A stretch of 64,000 bases of DNA from Oscillospiraceae bacterium (GCA_015065455.1 SVQI01000003.1:17463-81462); one strand, 5' to 3'. Numbered from the stretch's first letter, positions 8,783 through 18,170 are shown. Notes: generated from the sequence alone by a model not told the origin. Made by a program: numbers and translations.

Positions 8783-9984
8783 CTGTAAAAATAGAAAAAT
8801 CAATTGCAAATGGTGCAGTGAAAGCGCCCCCGTCAAAAAGTATAGCGCACAGAGCTTTGATTTGCGGAGCGTTAACTAAGGAATCTACCGTATACGGTAT
8901 TTCATCATACTCAAAAGATATTGATGCAACCCTTAGCTGTCTTGAAAAAATGGGAGCTTCTGTAAAAAAGGGCAGAGATTTTATAAAAATCGGCGGATTA
9001 GATCCGTTTTGTATTCCTGAAAATTCAAGTGTATTTTGTAATGAAAGCGGCAGTACTTTACGTTTTTTAATTCCTTTTTGTATGCTGTCGGGAAATAATA
9101 TAACGCTTTCGGGGAGTAAAAGACTGTTTGAAAGACCGCTTTCTGTTTATGAAGATATTTGCGCTGAACAAAATATTATTTTTAAAAAGACTGAGGACTG
9201 TGTTTCTGTTTGCGGAACGCTGAAAAATGGAGATTATTTTGTACCGGGCAATATATCAAGTCAGTTTATAACTGGACTTTTGTTTGTGCTTCCTTTGTTG
9301 CCGGCAGATAGCACGTTAACGGTTGAGGGAAAGTTTGAAAGCGCATCTTACGTTGATCTTACGTTAGACGTAATGCGTGACTTTGGCGTTATAATTGAAA
9401 GGCAGAATAACGTTTTTTATATTAAAGGCGGACAGAGCTATTCGTCCTCAGAGTATACAGTTGAAGGTGACTGTTCCAATGCGGCATTCTTAGCAGGATT
9501 TAACTGTCTTGGAGGAAACGTAGACGTTCTTGGTCTGAGAAATGATACTCTTCAGGGAGACAGGGTTTATGCTGATATGTACAGCGGACTTGAAAAAGGC
9601 ATCAGGTGTTTTGACCTGTCTGACTGCCCTGATTTAGCACCTGTTATGTTCGCTATTGCATCGTATTACGGCGGGGCTGAATTTACGGGAACAGCAAGGC
9701 TTAAACTAAAAGAAAGTGACAGAGCGGGAGTTATGGCTAAAGAGCTTTCTAAGTTTGGTGTAAACGTTAATATTTATGAAAATTCCGTTGTCATTGGAGA
9801 GTGTGTTCTTAAAGAGCCGAATGAAGTTCTTTATGGTCATAACGACCACAGAGTTGTAATGGCGCTCTCACTCCTCTGTTCCGTAAAAGGTGGAGTGATT
9901 GAGGGAGCAGAGGCTGTTAATAAGAGCTTTCCTGACTTTTTTGAGAAGATTTCTCTTCTTGGTATAAAAATAAAAGAAATATAA
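8779..9984 (+). CDS. aroA: 3-phosphoshikimate 1-carboxyvinyltransferase (EPSP synthase)
   Basis: PPSKSIAHRALI at the N-terminus, LKESDR, and the overall two-domain length. ATGA overlap with aroQ. Confidence 0.9.
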   Translation: MTVKIEKSIANGAVKAPPSKSIAHRALICGALTKESTVYGISSYSKDIDATLSCLEKMGASVKKGRDFIKIGGLDPFCIPENSSVFCNESGSTLRFLIPFCMLSGNNITLSGSKRLFERPLSVYEDICAEQNIIFKKTEDCVSVCGTLKNGDYFVPGNISSQFITGLLFVLPLLPADSTLTVEGKFESASYVDLTLDVMRDFGVIIERQNNVFYIKGGQSYSSSEYTVEGDCSNAAFLAGFNCLGGNVDVLGLRNDTLQGDRVYADMYSGLEKGIRCFDLSDCPDLAPVMFAIASYYGGAEFTGTARLKLKESDRAGVMAKELSKFGVNVNIYENSVVIGECVLKEPNEVLYGHNDHRVVMALSLLCSVKGGVIEGAEAVNKSFPDFFEKISLLGIKIKEI

Positions 9985-9998
9985 AAAAGGTTAATAAA

Positions 9999-10874
9999 AT
10001 GAAAATAGATGTAACAAAGAAATTTTTAATTGTAGGTCTGGGACTTCTGGGCGGTTGTTATGCGATGGCGTTAAAGAAAAAAGGCTATACTGTTTACGCT
10101 ATAACCAAAGATCAAAAAGATATAGATTATGCTATCGAGAACAATTTGATTGATGAAGGTTCTGTACATATAGATGAAAAGCTGATTGGCTCAGCTGACA
10201 TAATTGTTTTTGCTCTGTATCCCCACATTTTCAAAGAATGGATCAAAGAAAACGGACATTTGATAAACCAGGGTACTGTTATTACTGACGTTACGGGCGT
10301 TAAGAGCTGTATCGTTTACGAGATTCAGGCTATGTTGAAAAAAGGGGTTGAGTTTATTGCGGCTCACCCAATGGCAGGACGCGAAGTAAGCGGTGTGCAA
10401 AACAGTGATGACAGCATATTCAAAGAGGCTAACTATATTGTCGTTCCCACAGAGAATAATACTTTCGGGGCTATTGAGCTATGCAAGGAGCTTGGAGAAA
10501 TATTGGGGTTTGCAAGTGTTTCTGTTCTTGATCCTGAAAAGCACGATGAAATGATTGCCTTTTTGTCGCAGTTGACCCACTGTATTGCCGTTTCACTTAT
10601 GTGTGCAAACGATAATCCAGGACTCGTTTTTTATACAGGAGACTCGTTCAGAGACCTTACGAGAATTGCAAAAATCAACGACGAGATGTGGAGTGAACTT
10701 TTTCTTGCAAACAAAGATGCTTTGCTTAAGGAAATGGATAAATACAGAAAGACGTTTGATAAGCTGTATGAATGTGTAAAAAACAACGATAGAGAAGAAA
10801 TGCGCAGTATGATGCGTATTTCATCAGAACGCAGAGATAAATTTAACAAGAAAGAAAAGAGTGATTTATTATGA
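9999..10874 (+). CDS. tyrA: prephenate dehydrogenase
   Basis: Rossmann motif IVGLGLLGGCYA, AHPMAGRE catalytic region and a C-terminal dimerisation domain. Confidence 0.85.
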   Translation: MKIDVTKKFLIVGLGLLGGCYAMALKKKGYTVYAITKDQKDIDYAIENNLIDEGSVHIDEKLIGSADIIVFALYPHIFKEWIKENGHLINQGTVITDVTGVKSCIVYEIQAMLKKGVEFIAAHPMAGREVSGVQNSDDSIFKEANYIVVPTENNTFGAIELCKELGEILGFASVSVLDPEKHDEMIAFLSQLTHCIAVSLMCANDNPGLVFYTGDSFRDLTRIAKINDEMWSELFLANKDALLKEMDKYRKTFDKLYECVKNNDREEMRSMMRISSERRDKFNKKEKSDLL

Positions 10875-11899
10875 ATATGAATTTCTGCAGAAAGCTTCCG
10901 ATACCCCAGGTTATAAAACAGGAATACCCTGTAACACCTGAAATGGAAATTGTAAAAGAAAGACGTGCCACTGAAATTAAGTCTGTTTTTGAAGGAAAAT
11001 CGGACAAGTTTTTGCTTATAATCGGACCTTGTTCGGCAGATAATCAGGAATCTGTTCTCGATTATATTTCAAGATTGCGCAGACTTGAAGATAAGGTTAA
11101 CGATAAGATTTTAATAATCCCCCGTATATATACGAACAAACCTCGTACAACGGGAGCAGGATATAAGGGAATGCTTCACCAGCCGGATCCCGATCAGAAA
11201 ACAGATATGCTTAAAGGTATAGTTGCGATAAGAGAAATGCATCTGAAGGCGCTTAACGATTACGGCTTTACTTGCGCTGACGAAATGTTGTATCCCGAAA
11301 ATCACCGTTATTTGTCAGACCTTTTGGCGTATGTTGCGGTAGGTGCCCGTTCTACCGAAGACCAACAGCATAGACTTACTGCAAGCGGTCTCAATATTCC
11401 CGTTGGTATGAAAAACCCCACAAGTGGAGACCTCTCGGTAATGATGAATTCAATCAAGGCTGCACAGAGCGGTCATACCTTTATTTACAGAGGCTGGGAA
11501 GTAAAGAGTTCGGGTAACCCCATAACTCATGCTATACTTCGTGGTTACGTTGATTTTGCCGGTAAAAATATTTCAAACTATCACTATGAAAATTTACTTG
11601 AACTTCACGAGCTTTTTGCAAAAACCGATCTGAAAAATCCCGCTGCTATCGTAGATACTAACCATGCAAATTCTTCAAAACGCTACTTAGAGCAGATAAG
11701 AATTGCAAAAGAGGTTGTATCAAACCGTAAACAAAATAACGATATAAAATCTCTTGTTAAAGGTCTTATGATAGAGAGCTACATTGAAGACGGTGCTCAG
11801 TGTATTGGCGAACATATTTACGGAAAGTCGATAACTGACCCTTGTCTTGGCTGGGAAAAGACAGAGAGACTTGTTCTTGATTTAGCGGATATGCTCTAA
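10871..11899 (+). CDS. 3-deoxy-7-phosphoheptulonate (DAHP) synthase, class I-alpha (AroF/G/H-like)
   Basis: IIGPCSADN, KPRTTGAGYKG, GARSTEDQQHR and DTNHANSSK align by eye with E. coli AroG motifs. ATGA overlap with the tyrA stop. Confidence 0.9.
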   Translation: MNMNFCRKLPIPQVIKQEYPVTPEMEIVKERRATEIKSVFEGKSDKFLLIIGPCSADNQESVLDYISRLRRLEDKVNDKILIIPRIYTNKPRTTGAGYKGMLHQPDPDQKTDMLKGIVAIREMHLKALNDYGFTCADEMLYPENHRYLSDLLAYVAVGARSTEDQQHRLTASGLNIPVGMKNPTSGDLSVMMNSIKAAQSGHTFIYRGWEVKSSGNPITHAILRGYVDFAGKNISNYHYENLLELHELFAKTDLKNPAAIVDTNHANSSKRYLEQIRIAKEVVSNRKQNNDIKSLVKGLMIESYIEDGAQCIGEHIYGKSITDPCLGWEKTERLVLDLADML

Positions 11900-11910
11900 A
11901 ATAAATATAA

Positions 11911-11945
11911 AAAATAACCGTCCTATTCAGACGGTTATTTTTTTA
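11911..11945. terminator. bidirectional intrinsic terminator (end of the aro operon on + and of the peptidase operon on -)
   Basis: A 9-bp stem ATAACCGTC/GACGGTTAT (11914-11938) with a 7-nt loop, an A-run before it and a T-run (11938-11945) after it. Confidence 0.8.
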
Positions 11946-12425
11946 TTTAAATATTTTATGCTTGATTTTAGACAAAATTCTTCTGATGCACCGATAAGGA
12001 TACATAAATAAAACTCTTATAAAGAACGTGTTTCTCCAAAAGATAACGTAAAACTTATACCACTTGTTTGTGTAACAGTTTATATATTTATCTTTTCTGT
12101 AAAAGCCTGTCAAAATGCCGATGATGTGCCTGTCTTTTACGTCGTACTCGTTTTTGATTCTGTTGTCGCCGCGTATGACGTAGCCTTCGTCTTTCACTTT
12201 TATCACTCTATGAAGAATGTATTTTCCTGCATCTGTTTGATACAAAACGACGTCGTTTTCTTTAGGGCTTTGTTTAAGTTTTTCAATGACGATTGTATCG
12301 CGTCCTTGCTTAAGCATGGGTCTCATACTAACGCCGGCAGGGAACTGCATAAAAAATCCGTCTCTTTCGAGTATCTCTCTATAATCTGTTGTTTCGTTTG
12401 AAGTGTACATCGCAGTTGACCGCAT
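11943..12425 (-). CDS. S24/S26-family Ser/Lys peptidase (signal-peptidase-I-like core) with a C-terminal hydrophobic segment
   Basis: Box-B-like GVSMRPML, box-D-like HRVIKV and box-E-like IRGDNRIKNEYD. Hydrophobic tail WYKFYVIFWRNTFFIRVLF. The ATG directly abuts the stop of the upstream PqqD-like gene. Confidence 0.6.
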   Translation of the reverse strand: MRSTAMYTSNETTDYREILERDGFFMQFPAGVSMRPMLKQGRDTIVIEKLKQSPKENDVVLYQTDAGKYILHRVIKVKDEGYVIRGDNRIKNEYDVKDRHIIGILTGFYRKDKYINCYTNKWYKFYVIFWRNTFFIRVLFMYPYRCIRRILSKIKHKIFK

Positions 12426-12692
12426 TTATTCGGAAATCAGTTCGTTTTTTCGAAGTGTTTCAAGATACGGAACGAGAGAGCTTTTTGCCTGCTCGGGAGA
12501 AACGTTATAATTTTCAACAATCTGTGTTAAAATGTCATCTTCGCTTATATCGTCTTTAAGAAGTTTAAAAATAAACTCTCCAACCGAATTAAGCTTTATC
12601 ATACCGTTAAAATATTTATTATCTTCACCTACCGCAAGAGCAACAGATTGACCTGCTACGTTACGGATCACGAAATCATACTTTAATTTCAT
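12426..12692 (-). CDS. PqqD-family protein (stand-alone RiPP-recognition-element-like winged helix)
   Basis: 88 aa. KLNSVGEFIFKLLKDDISEDDILTQIVENYNVSPEQAKSSLVPYLETLRKNELI fits the PqqD pattern (LN..G..IW.LL....S..EI...L...Y.V..E.A..D...FL..L....LI). Confidence 0.6.
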   Translation of the reverse strand: MKLKYDFVIRNVAGQSVALAVGEDNKYFNGMIKLNSVGEFIFKLLKDDISEDDILTQIVENYNVSPEQAKSSLVPYLETLRKNELISE

Positions 12693-12711
12693 TATCGATA
12701 CCCTAAGAAAT

Positions 12712-13158
12712 TTATTCTTCGTCCTTGTAAATAGATTCGTATTTTTCTTTATCTTGCGTCTTCTTTTTTATGATAAAGTTTCTAATCGCCAATATAGCTA
12801 CAGCAACAATTATATACGCAACAGCAAACGCAATAACCAAAAGAAAAGCGTTTGATGATTTCTTTGCATAGCCTGTAAGATAAATAAATATCAAGTAAAA
12901 CCCGAGAGTCGATGACACAAAATGCATAGCAACTCTAAGTATTATATTGAGCTTTTTATTAGTCAGAAATACGTTTGTTGCAGTAAACCAAATCGAAGTC
13001 AAAAGAACCAAGAAAAGATCCATCAAGTCAAGTCCCCAGTTTCCTTGATCCTTGGTTATAAGTCTCTGGAGAATATAAAAGGAAAATACTACGGCGGTAA
13101 AAACTACACAGCTTGACTTAAAGAGGTTAGAAAGCTTGTTTGTTAGTTTGTTTTTCAT
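12712..13158 (-). CDS. small polytopic (about 4 TM) membrane protein, function unknown
   Basis: 148 aa with four hydrophobic helices and a charged KKKTQDKEKYESIYKDEE tail. AAGGAG upstream. No family recognised. Confidence 0.6.
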   Translation of the reverse strand: MKNKLTNKLSNLFKSSCVVFTAVVFSFYILQRLITKDQGNWGLDLMDLFLVLLTSIWFTATNVFLTNKKLNIILRVAMHFVSSTLGFYLIFIYLTGYAKKSSNAFLLVIAFAVAYIIVAVAILAIRNFIIKKKTQDKEKYESIYKDEE

Positions 13159-13184
13159 TTTGTAAAAATACTCCTTAAATTAAC

Positions 13185-14156
13185 TCAAGCAAGGTCAGAG
13201 AAGCTGATCTCAAATGTGTTTACTACCTTTTCCTGAGGCTTAAGGTATTTCTGTGTACCGTTTTCAACGTTAGCTTTAAAACCTGAGTTTGTAGCTGTCA
13301 TAGGCTCAAGACCGCATACGTAAGTTCCCGATTGGCAAGCCTTCCATTCGAGGAAGTTTGTAAGCGCGGGAGAAAGGTAGTTTACTCTCATGCTCGTATT
13401 GATGTCGGGGTTGTCTATACCAAAATATTTTTCGGAAAGCTCATGTTCGAAGAGCATTTCTTCAAAAGAATCAGAGGGTTCTTCGAAGTAGTTCCAAGCG
13501 TCAGGGCGAGCCTTTGCGTGAGCAGAGAAGGGGTTGCACTTAACTGAAGGAATTACTATCTTTGAGTTTTCAGACATAAGCGGATAACCCATATTGAAGT
13601 GGTAGAGAAGTGAGAGATGCGTGTCGGTGAATCCTTCATTTTTGATTATGTCTTTAACGTATATTTTATCTTCGCCGTATTTACATGTTATAGTACGTGT
13701 AAGAGACATATTTGAGCCAAATATAATTGCTTCTTTCATGACTCCGCTTATAGTTACAGTATCTCCCTCTTCGGGAATCTGAATGGAGAGCTGTTCACAG
13801 GGGGTATTACTCATTCTTCCGTGGAAAGTGAGTTCAGGATTCGTACCGTCTGTTCCGCCATAATTCTTAAGTCCGCAGGTAGTCATAAATCCACCGCCAA
13901 AAGAACGGAGCCAAACGTTACCGAGCTCGTTGTAGTAGGAAGGGTTTACAACACCGTTAGGGGTGTGGAATGCCATATTGTGATTTTTGTAACGTACTGT
14001 AAAAAGGTCAAGACAGCGGTCGGGAAGTATTGTGAAATGTAAGTTTGCGCCGTTCCAGATGTCGATAGCGCGGGTACCCTCTGCCTTGCCGCCGGAAAAT
14101 TTGTATTCTCTTACGTCAAAAAGTTGCATTCTGTTTCCGATATACTTGTTGTTCAT
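13185..14156 (-). CDS. aldose-1-epimerase-fold (DUF4432-like) protein
   Basis: 323 aa. The N-terminal pattern (FDVREYKFSGGKAEGTRAIDIWNGANLHFTILPDRCLD) and the GL.HGR-like region TFHGRMSNTP resemble mutarotase-superfamily DUF4432 proteins. GAGGTG SD. Confidence 0.55.
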   Translation of the reverse strand: MNNKYIGNRMQLFDVREYKFSGGKAEGTRAIDIWNGANLHFTILPDRCLDLFTVRYKNHNMAFHTPNGVVNPSYYNELGNVWLRSFGGGFMTTCGLKNYGGTDGTNPELTFHGRMSNTPCEQLSIQIPEEGDTVTISGVMKEAIIFGSNMSLTRTITCKYGEDKIYVKDIIKNEGFTDTHLSLLYHFNMGYPLMSENSKIVIPSVKCNPFSAHAKARPDAWNYFEEPSDSFEEMLFEHELSEKYFGIDNPDINTSMRVNYLSPALTNFLEWKACQSGTYVCGLEPMTATNSGFKANVENGTQKYLKPQEKVVNTFEISFSDLA

Positions 14157-14229
14157 AGCACACCTCGTTTTTATAATTTATGTTTATACGTCTTTATGGT
14201 ACCTGTAAAAAAATGCTACAGATACTTAT

Positions 14230-14257
14230 ATTATATCATATTTACACATTATTTCAA
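14230..14257 (-). promoter_or_regulatory. candidate promoter of the DUF4432 / membrane / PqqD / peptidase operon
   Basis: The reverse strand reads TTGAAA (14257-14252), a 16-nt spacer, then TGaTATAAT (TATAAT at 14235-14230). Confidence 0.5.
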
Positions 14258-14388
14258 GGGATTAGCAAAAAAATATCGTATATTTTACCGAATCTGTTGT
14301 AAAAAAATTAAAGATTTATAAAATACGGGACAATATTCATTTTTTGAGCCCAAAAGTGAATAAAAAAGTGTAATATATTCAGTATTTA

Positions 14389-14417
14389 TTGACTTTTTAT
14401 GCAATAAAGTATATAAT
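14389..14417 (+). promoter_or_regulatory. candidate sigma-A promoter of the nusB operon
   Basis: TTGACT (14389-14394), a 17-nt spacer, TATAAT (14412-14417). Confidence 0.55.
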
Positions 14418-14470
14418 ATATGATGTATTATTGTTTATAATTGTATTAATAAATATTAAGGGGTTTTATT

Positions 14471-14881
14471 ATGAGCAGAAGACAGGCGAGAGAAAACGTA
14501 TTTTATCTTGTATTTGAAGCGCAGTTTCAGAAACAGGAGTGTAATTACGCGGAATTATTCCAGACAGCGCAGGATATAGGTGTAGTAAAATACGACGAGT
14601 ATACCGAAAAAGTATTTTTTGGTGTTATGTCGGAACTTGAATTGATAGATAAGAAAATTGAAGAAAATGCAAAAGGCTGGAAGCTTGAACGTATATCAAA
14701 GGTTTCTATGGCTATTATGCGTATTTGTGTGTATGAAATGCTCTACGTTGACGACGTTCCTTTTAATATCGCTATTAATGAGGCAGTAGAGCTTGCAAAG
14801 AAATTCGATTATGACAAGGCACCGTCATTTATTAACGGAGTTGTTAACAAGATAGCCGAAAACGAAGGACTGAAAAAATAA
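14471..14881 (+). CDS. nusB: transcription antitermination factor NusB
   Basis: MSRRQARE start, FDYDKAPSFINGVV and typical size (136 aa). Confidence 0.9.
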   Translation: MSRRQARENVFYLVFEAQFQKQECNYAELFQTAQDIGVVKYDEYTEKVFFGVMSELELIDKKIEENAKGWKLERISKVSMAIMRICVYEMLYVDDVPFNIAINEAVELAKKFDYDKAPSFINGVVNKIAENEGLKK

Positions 14882-15801
14882 TGTCTGTTTTTCTCGGGAT
14901 TGATACCAGCAATTATACAACGTCAATGGCAGTATGTGATGAAAACGGAGTGTTATTGAACGAAAGAAAATTGCTTGAGGTTAAAGAGGGAGAGCGGGGG
15001 CTTCGTCAGAGTGACGCTGTATTTGCTCATGTAAACAATATTTCTGAAATTGCCGAAAGAATCGGAAAGCATAATATAAGGGCTATTGGTTGCTCGTCAA
15101 AACCGCGCGACATAGAAGGCTCGTATATGCCTTGCTTTAAGGTTGGCGAAAGCGTTGCAGAAACAATGGGACATATACTTGGTGTTCCGATATTTAAGTT
15201 TTCGCATCAGACGGGGCACGTTACAGCTGCGGCATATTCTGCAGACCGTATGGATCTGCTTAATAAAGAGTTTAACGCTTTTCACGTTTCGGGTGGAACG
15301 ACGGAGATACTTCACTGTGACGGTACGTCGGGAAAGCTTGTTATAGAAAACATTGGCGGAACGCTCGATCTGAATGCGGGACAGGCTATTGACAGAACTG
15401 GAGTTTTGCTTGGATTAAAATTTCCTTGCGGACCTGCTCTTGAGAAAATGGCAGAGTTAGGGAAATTACTTTTTCCACCAAGCGTGTGTGTAAAGGGACT
15501 GGAGTGCAATCTTTCTGGACTTGAAAACAAAGTTCAAAATTTAAAATCAGAAAATACTGATGCTAATGATATTGCTTTATATGCATTAAAGTTTATTGAA
15601 AAGACACTTGATAAGCTTACTTCAAATTTAAGAAAAGAATATGACCTGCCTATTATATTTGCGGGCGGCGTTATGAGTAACAATATGATAAAAAAGACTC
15701 TGTCAAAATACAAGGACGCTTATTTTGCTGAAAGAGAGTTTTCTGCAGATAATGCAGCGGGAATTGCATTGTTGACAAGAGAGAAATTTCTGAAGATATA
15801 A
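14881..15801 (+). CDS. divergent, short Kae1/TsaD (peptidase M22, ASKHA-fold) family paralogue
   Basis: GIDTSNYTTS (phosphate-1), HQTGH (HxxGH metal site), VSGGTTE, GQAIDRTGVLLGL, AGGVMSN and ADNAAGIA correspond to TsaD motifs. It is only 306 aa. TAATG overlap with nusB. Confidence 0.65.
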   Translation: MSVFLGIDTSNYTTSMAVCDENGVLLNERKLLEVKEGERGLRQSDAVFAHVNNISEIAERIGKHNIRAIGCSSKPRDIEGSYMPCFKVGESVAETMGHILGVPIFKFSHQTGHVTAAAYSADRMDLLNKEFNAFHVSGGTTEILHCDGTSGKLVIENIGGTLDLNAGQAIDRTGVLLGLKFPCGPALEKMAELGKLLFPPSVCVKGLECNLSGLENKVQNLKSENTDANDIALYALKFIEKTLDKLTSNLRKEYDLPIIFAGGVMSNNMIKKTLSKYKDAYFAEREFSADNAAGIALLTREKFLKI

Positions 15802-15836
15802 AATACACAATCACTGTAGAAAGAGAGGGAGAAACG

Positions 15837-17057
15837 GTGGCTGAAGATACGCGAAGGATACTTACTGTATCGCAGGTTAATGAATATATAAAGACTGTCA
15901 TTGAGGGTCAGCCCGTTCTCCGAAGTCTGTATATTAAAGGCGAGATCTCAAATTTTACAAATCACTATAAGACGGGACATTTTTATTTTACACTTAAAGA
16001 CGACGGCGGCTTAATTCAGGCTGTAATGTTTAGAGGAAGTGCGGAAAAGCTTAAATTTATTCCCGAGAACGGAATGAGAGTTATTGCACACGGAAAAATT
16101 TCCTCATACGTAAAAAGCGGTCAGTATCAACTATACGCAGATGATATGGAGCCCGACGGTATAGGTGCTCTTTATATTGCATACGAGCAACTTAAAGCCA
16201 AGCTTGAAAAAGAGGGCTTGTTTGATGCAAAATTTAAGAAGCCGTTGCCTAAGATTCCAAAAAGGATCGGCATCATAACATCTCCTACCGGTGCCGCGAT
16301 AAGAGATATTATAAATATTCTTGGCAGAAGATTTCCCTTTGCTGAGGGAGTGCTGTATCCGGCGCTTGTTCAAGGCGAGGGAGCTCCCAAGCAGCTTATA
16401 GACGGTGTTTGTTACTTTAACGAACAGAATAACGTTGACGTTATTATAATAGGACGAGGCGGCGGTTCTATTGAGGATTTGTGGTCTTTTAATGATGAAG
16501 GACTTGCGAGAACGATATTTGCATCAAAGATACCTGTAATATCTGCAGTAGGACATGAGACAGATTTTACTATTTGTGACTTTGTTTCCGACAGACGAGC
16601 GCCTACCCCATCGGCAGCGGCAGAGCTTGCAGTGCCTGAAACGATGGAGCTTAAGCAGAAAATATTAAATATTATCGGCAGAATGGATATGCTGATAATG
16701 CATAACGTAAAAAACCGACGTCAAAGAATCAGCGAACTTGCGGACAAGAGGGTTTTAAACAGTCCTGATTTTATTGTTGATGACAGAAGGCTTCACCTGA
16801 TGAACCTTGATGCAAGAATTGAAAATGGAATGAAGTATACTGTCAGCCTTAAGAAAGAGCAATTTGCAAGACATATTTCAAAACTTGAGGCGCTAAATCC
16901 GATGTCGGTAATATCAAGAGGATATTCTGCAGTGTTCTCCGATGACGGAAAACTTATAAAGAGTGTTGATCAACTTGAAATTGGCGATAGATTTAACTTT
17001 AAAACTGTTGACGGAAGTGTGTCGGCGGAAGTGAAAGGAAAGACTAAAAATGGATAA
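15837..17057 (+). CDS. xseA: exodeoxyribonuclease VII large subunit
   Basis: N-terminal OB fold (GEISNF...[10 protein letters not shown]) and catalytic region [13 protein letters not shown] start with GAGGGAG SD. Confidence 0.9.
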   Translation: MAEDTRRILTVSQVNEYIKTVIEGQPVLRSLYIKGEISNFTNHYKTGHFYFTLKDDGGLIQAVMFRGSAEKLKFIPENGMRVIAHGKISSYVKSGQYQLYADDMEPDGIGALYIAYEQLKAKLEKEGLFDAKFKKPLPKIPKRIGIITSPTGAAIRDIINILGRRFPFAEGVLYPALVQGEGAPKQLIDGVCYFNEQNNVDVIIIGRGGGSIEDLWSFNDEGLARTIFASKIPVISAVGHETDFTICDFVSDRRAPTPSAAAELAVPETMELKQKILNIIGRMDMLIMHNVKNRRQRISELADKRVLNSPDFIVDDRRLHLMNLDARIENGMKYTVSLKKEQFARHISKLEALNPMSVISRGYSAVFSDDGKLIKSVDQLEIGDRFNFKTVDGSVSAEVKGKTKNG

Positions 17058-17292
17058 GCTTGAAAAAAAGATAACCTTTGAAGAAGCATTGGCAAGACTT
17101 GAGGAAATAGTTAGAATGTTGGAAAGCGGCTCTGCACCTCTCGACAAGTCGTTAGAGCTTTTTGAAGAGGGTGTCAGACTCGTAAAGATGTGTAACTCAC
17201 AGCTTGACAACGTTGAACAGAGAATAAAGATATTGTCTAAAGGCGATAACGGAGAAATGACTGAGGAGAATTTTGTCGGAGGAGCACAATGA
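17050..17292 (+). CDS. xseB: exodeoxyribonuclease VII small subunit
   Basis: 80 aa. [18 protein letters not shown]...[11 protein letters not shown] pattern. Overlaps the xseA end. Confidence 0.9.
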   Translation: MDKLEKKITFEEALARLEEIVRMLESGSAPLDKSLELFEEGVRLVKMCNSQLDNVEQRIKILSKGDNGEMTEENFVGGAQ

Positions 17293-18167
17293 GCTTTAAA
17301 GAACTTTTGAAAAGTGACCTTGAATTAATCGAAAGAGAGCTTGAAAAATATTTCGAGGTAAAAGACGAGATGTTTCCTCAGCTTTTTGAGTCTATGAAAT
17401 ATACGACTATGGCAGGAGGAAAGAGAATAAGAGCATTTCTCGTAATGATGTTTGCAAGGCTTTCGGGCGGAAGCGTTGAAGCTGCACTGCCTTTTGCGTG
17501 CGCTATTGAAATGATTCAGGCGTACACGCTTATTCATGATGATTTACCTTGTATGGATGATGACGATATGAGACGCGGAAAGCCCTCTAATCATATTGTT
17601 TTCGGTGAAGCGCAGGCGCTTTTAGCCGGAGATGCTTTGCTTACATATGCATTTGAGGTTTGTGGTGAAAATAAAGCTGTAAAACCCAGTAATGCAATAA
17701 AAGCCGTTTCAATTCTTGCAAAATGTATAGGTGCGTGCGGAACTGTCGGCGGTCAGGTTCTTGACCTTGAGGGTGAAAAGAGAAAACTGACGAAAGAGGA
17801 ACTTTATCACGTTCACGATTTGAAGACCAGTGCGCTTATTCAGGCTTCTGCTTTGCTTGGATGCTGTGCATCTGAAAACGGGAAAGATTATTTTGATATT
17901 GCAAAAAAATACGGTCATAATATCGGAATTGCTTTTCAGGTTATAGACGATATTCTCGACGTGATTAGCGATGAAGAAACTTTAGGAAAACCTATCGGAA
18001 GTGATGCGGAAAGCAATAAAACGACCTTTATGGATTTCTATACCGTTGACGAAGCAAGAAAATACGCAGAAAAGCTTACGGAAGAGGCTTGTGCTGAATT
18101 AGGCGACAGTGAATATGCAAATCTTTTAAAAGATCTTGCATATTATCTTCTTGAAAGAACGAACTAA
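17289..18167 (+). CDS. ispA: (2E,6E)-farnesyl diphosphate synthase / polyprenyl synthetase
   Basis: FARM motif [14 protein letters not shown] and second Asp-rich motif VIDDILD. Confidence 0.85.
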   Translation: MSFKELLKSDLELIERELEKYFEVKDEMFPQLFESMKYTTMAGGKRIRAFLVMMFARLSGGSVEAALPFACAIEMIQAYTLIHDDLPCMDDDDMRRGKPSNHIVFGEAQALLAGDALLTYAFEVCGENKAVKPSNAIKAVSILAKCIGACGTVGGQVLDLEGEKRKLTKEELYHVHDLKTSALIQASALLGCCASENGKDYFDIAKKYGHNIGIAFQVIDDILDVISDEETLGKPIGSDAESNKTTFMDFYTVDEARKYAEKLTEEACAELGDSEYANLLKDLAYYLLERTN

Positions 18168-18170
18168 AAA

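Noticed and set aside
14124-14321. 65-aa plus-strand ORF spanning the DUF4432 start and the intergenic region. This was also part of a search for a short RiPP-precursor-like ORF in 14157-14470.
   Set aside because: It overlaps the 5' end of the minus-strand gene and its promoter and has no SD. The minus-strand mini-ORFs I translated here (10 and 21 codons) also lack SDs and show no precursor-like features.
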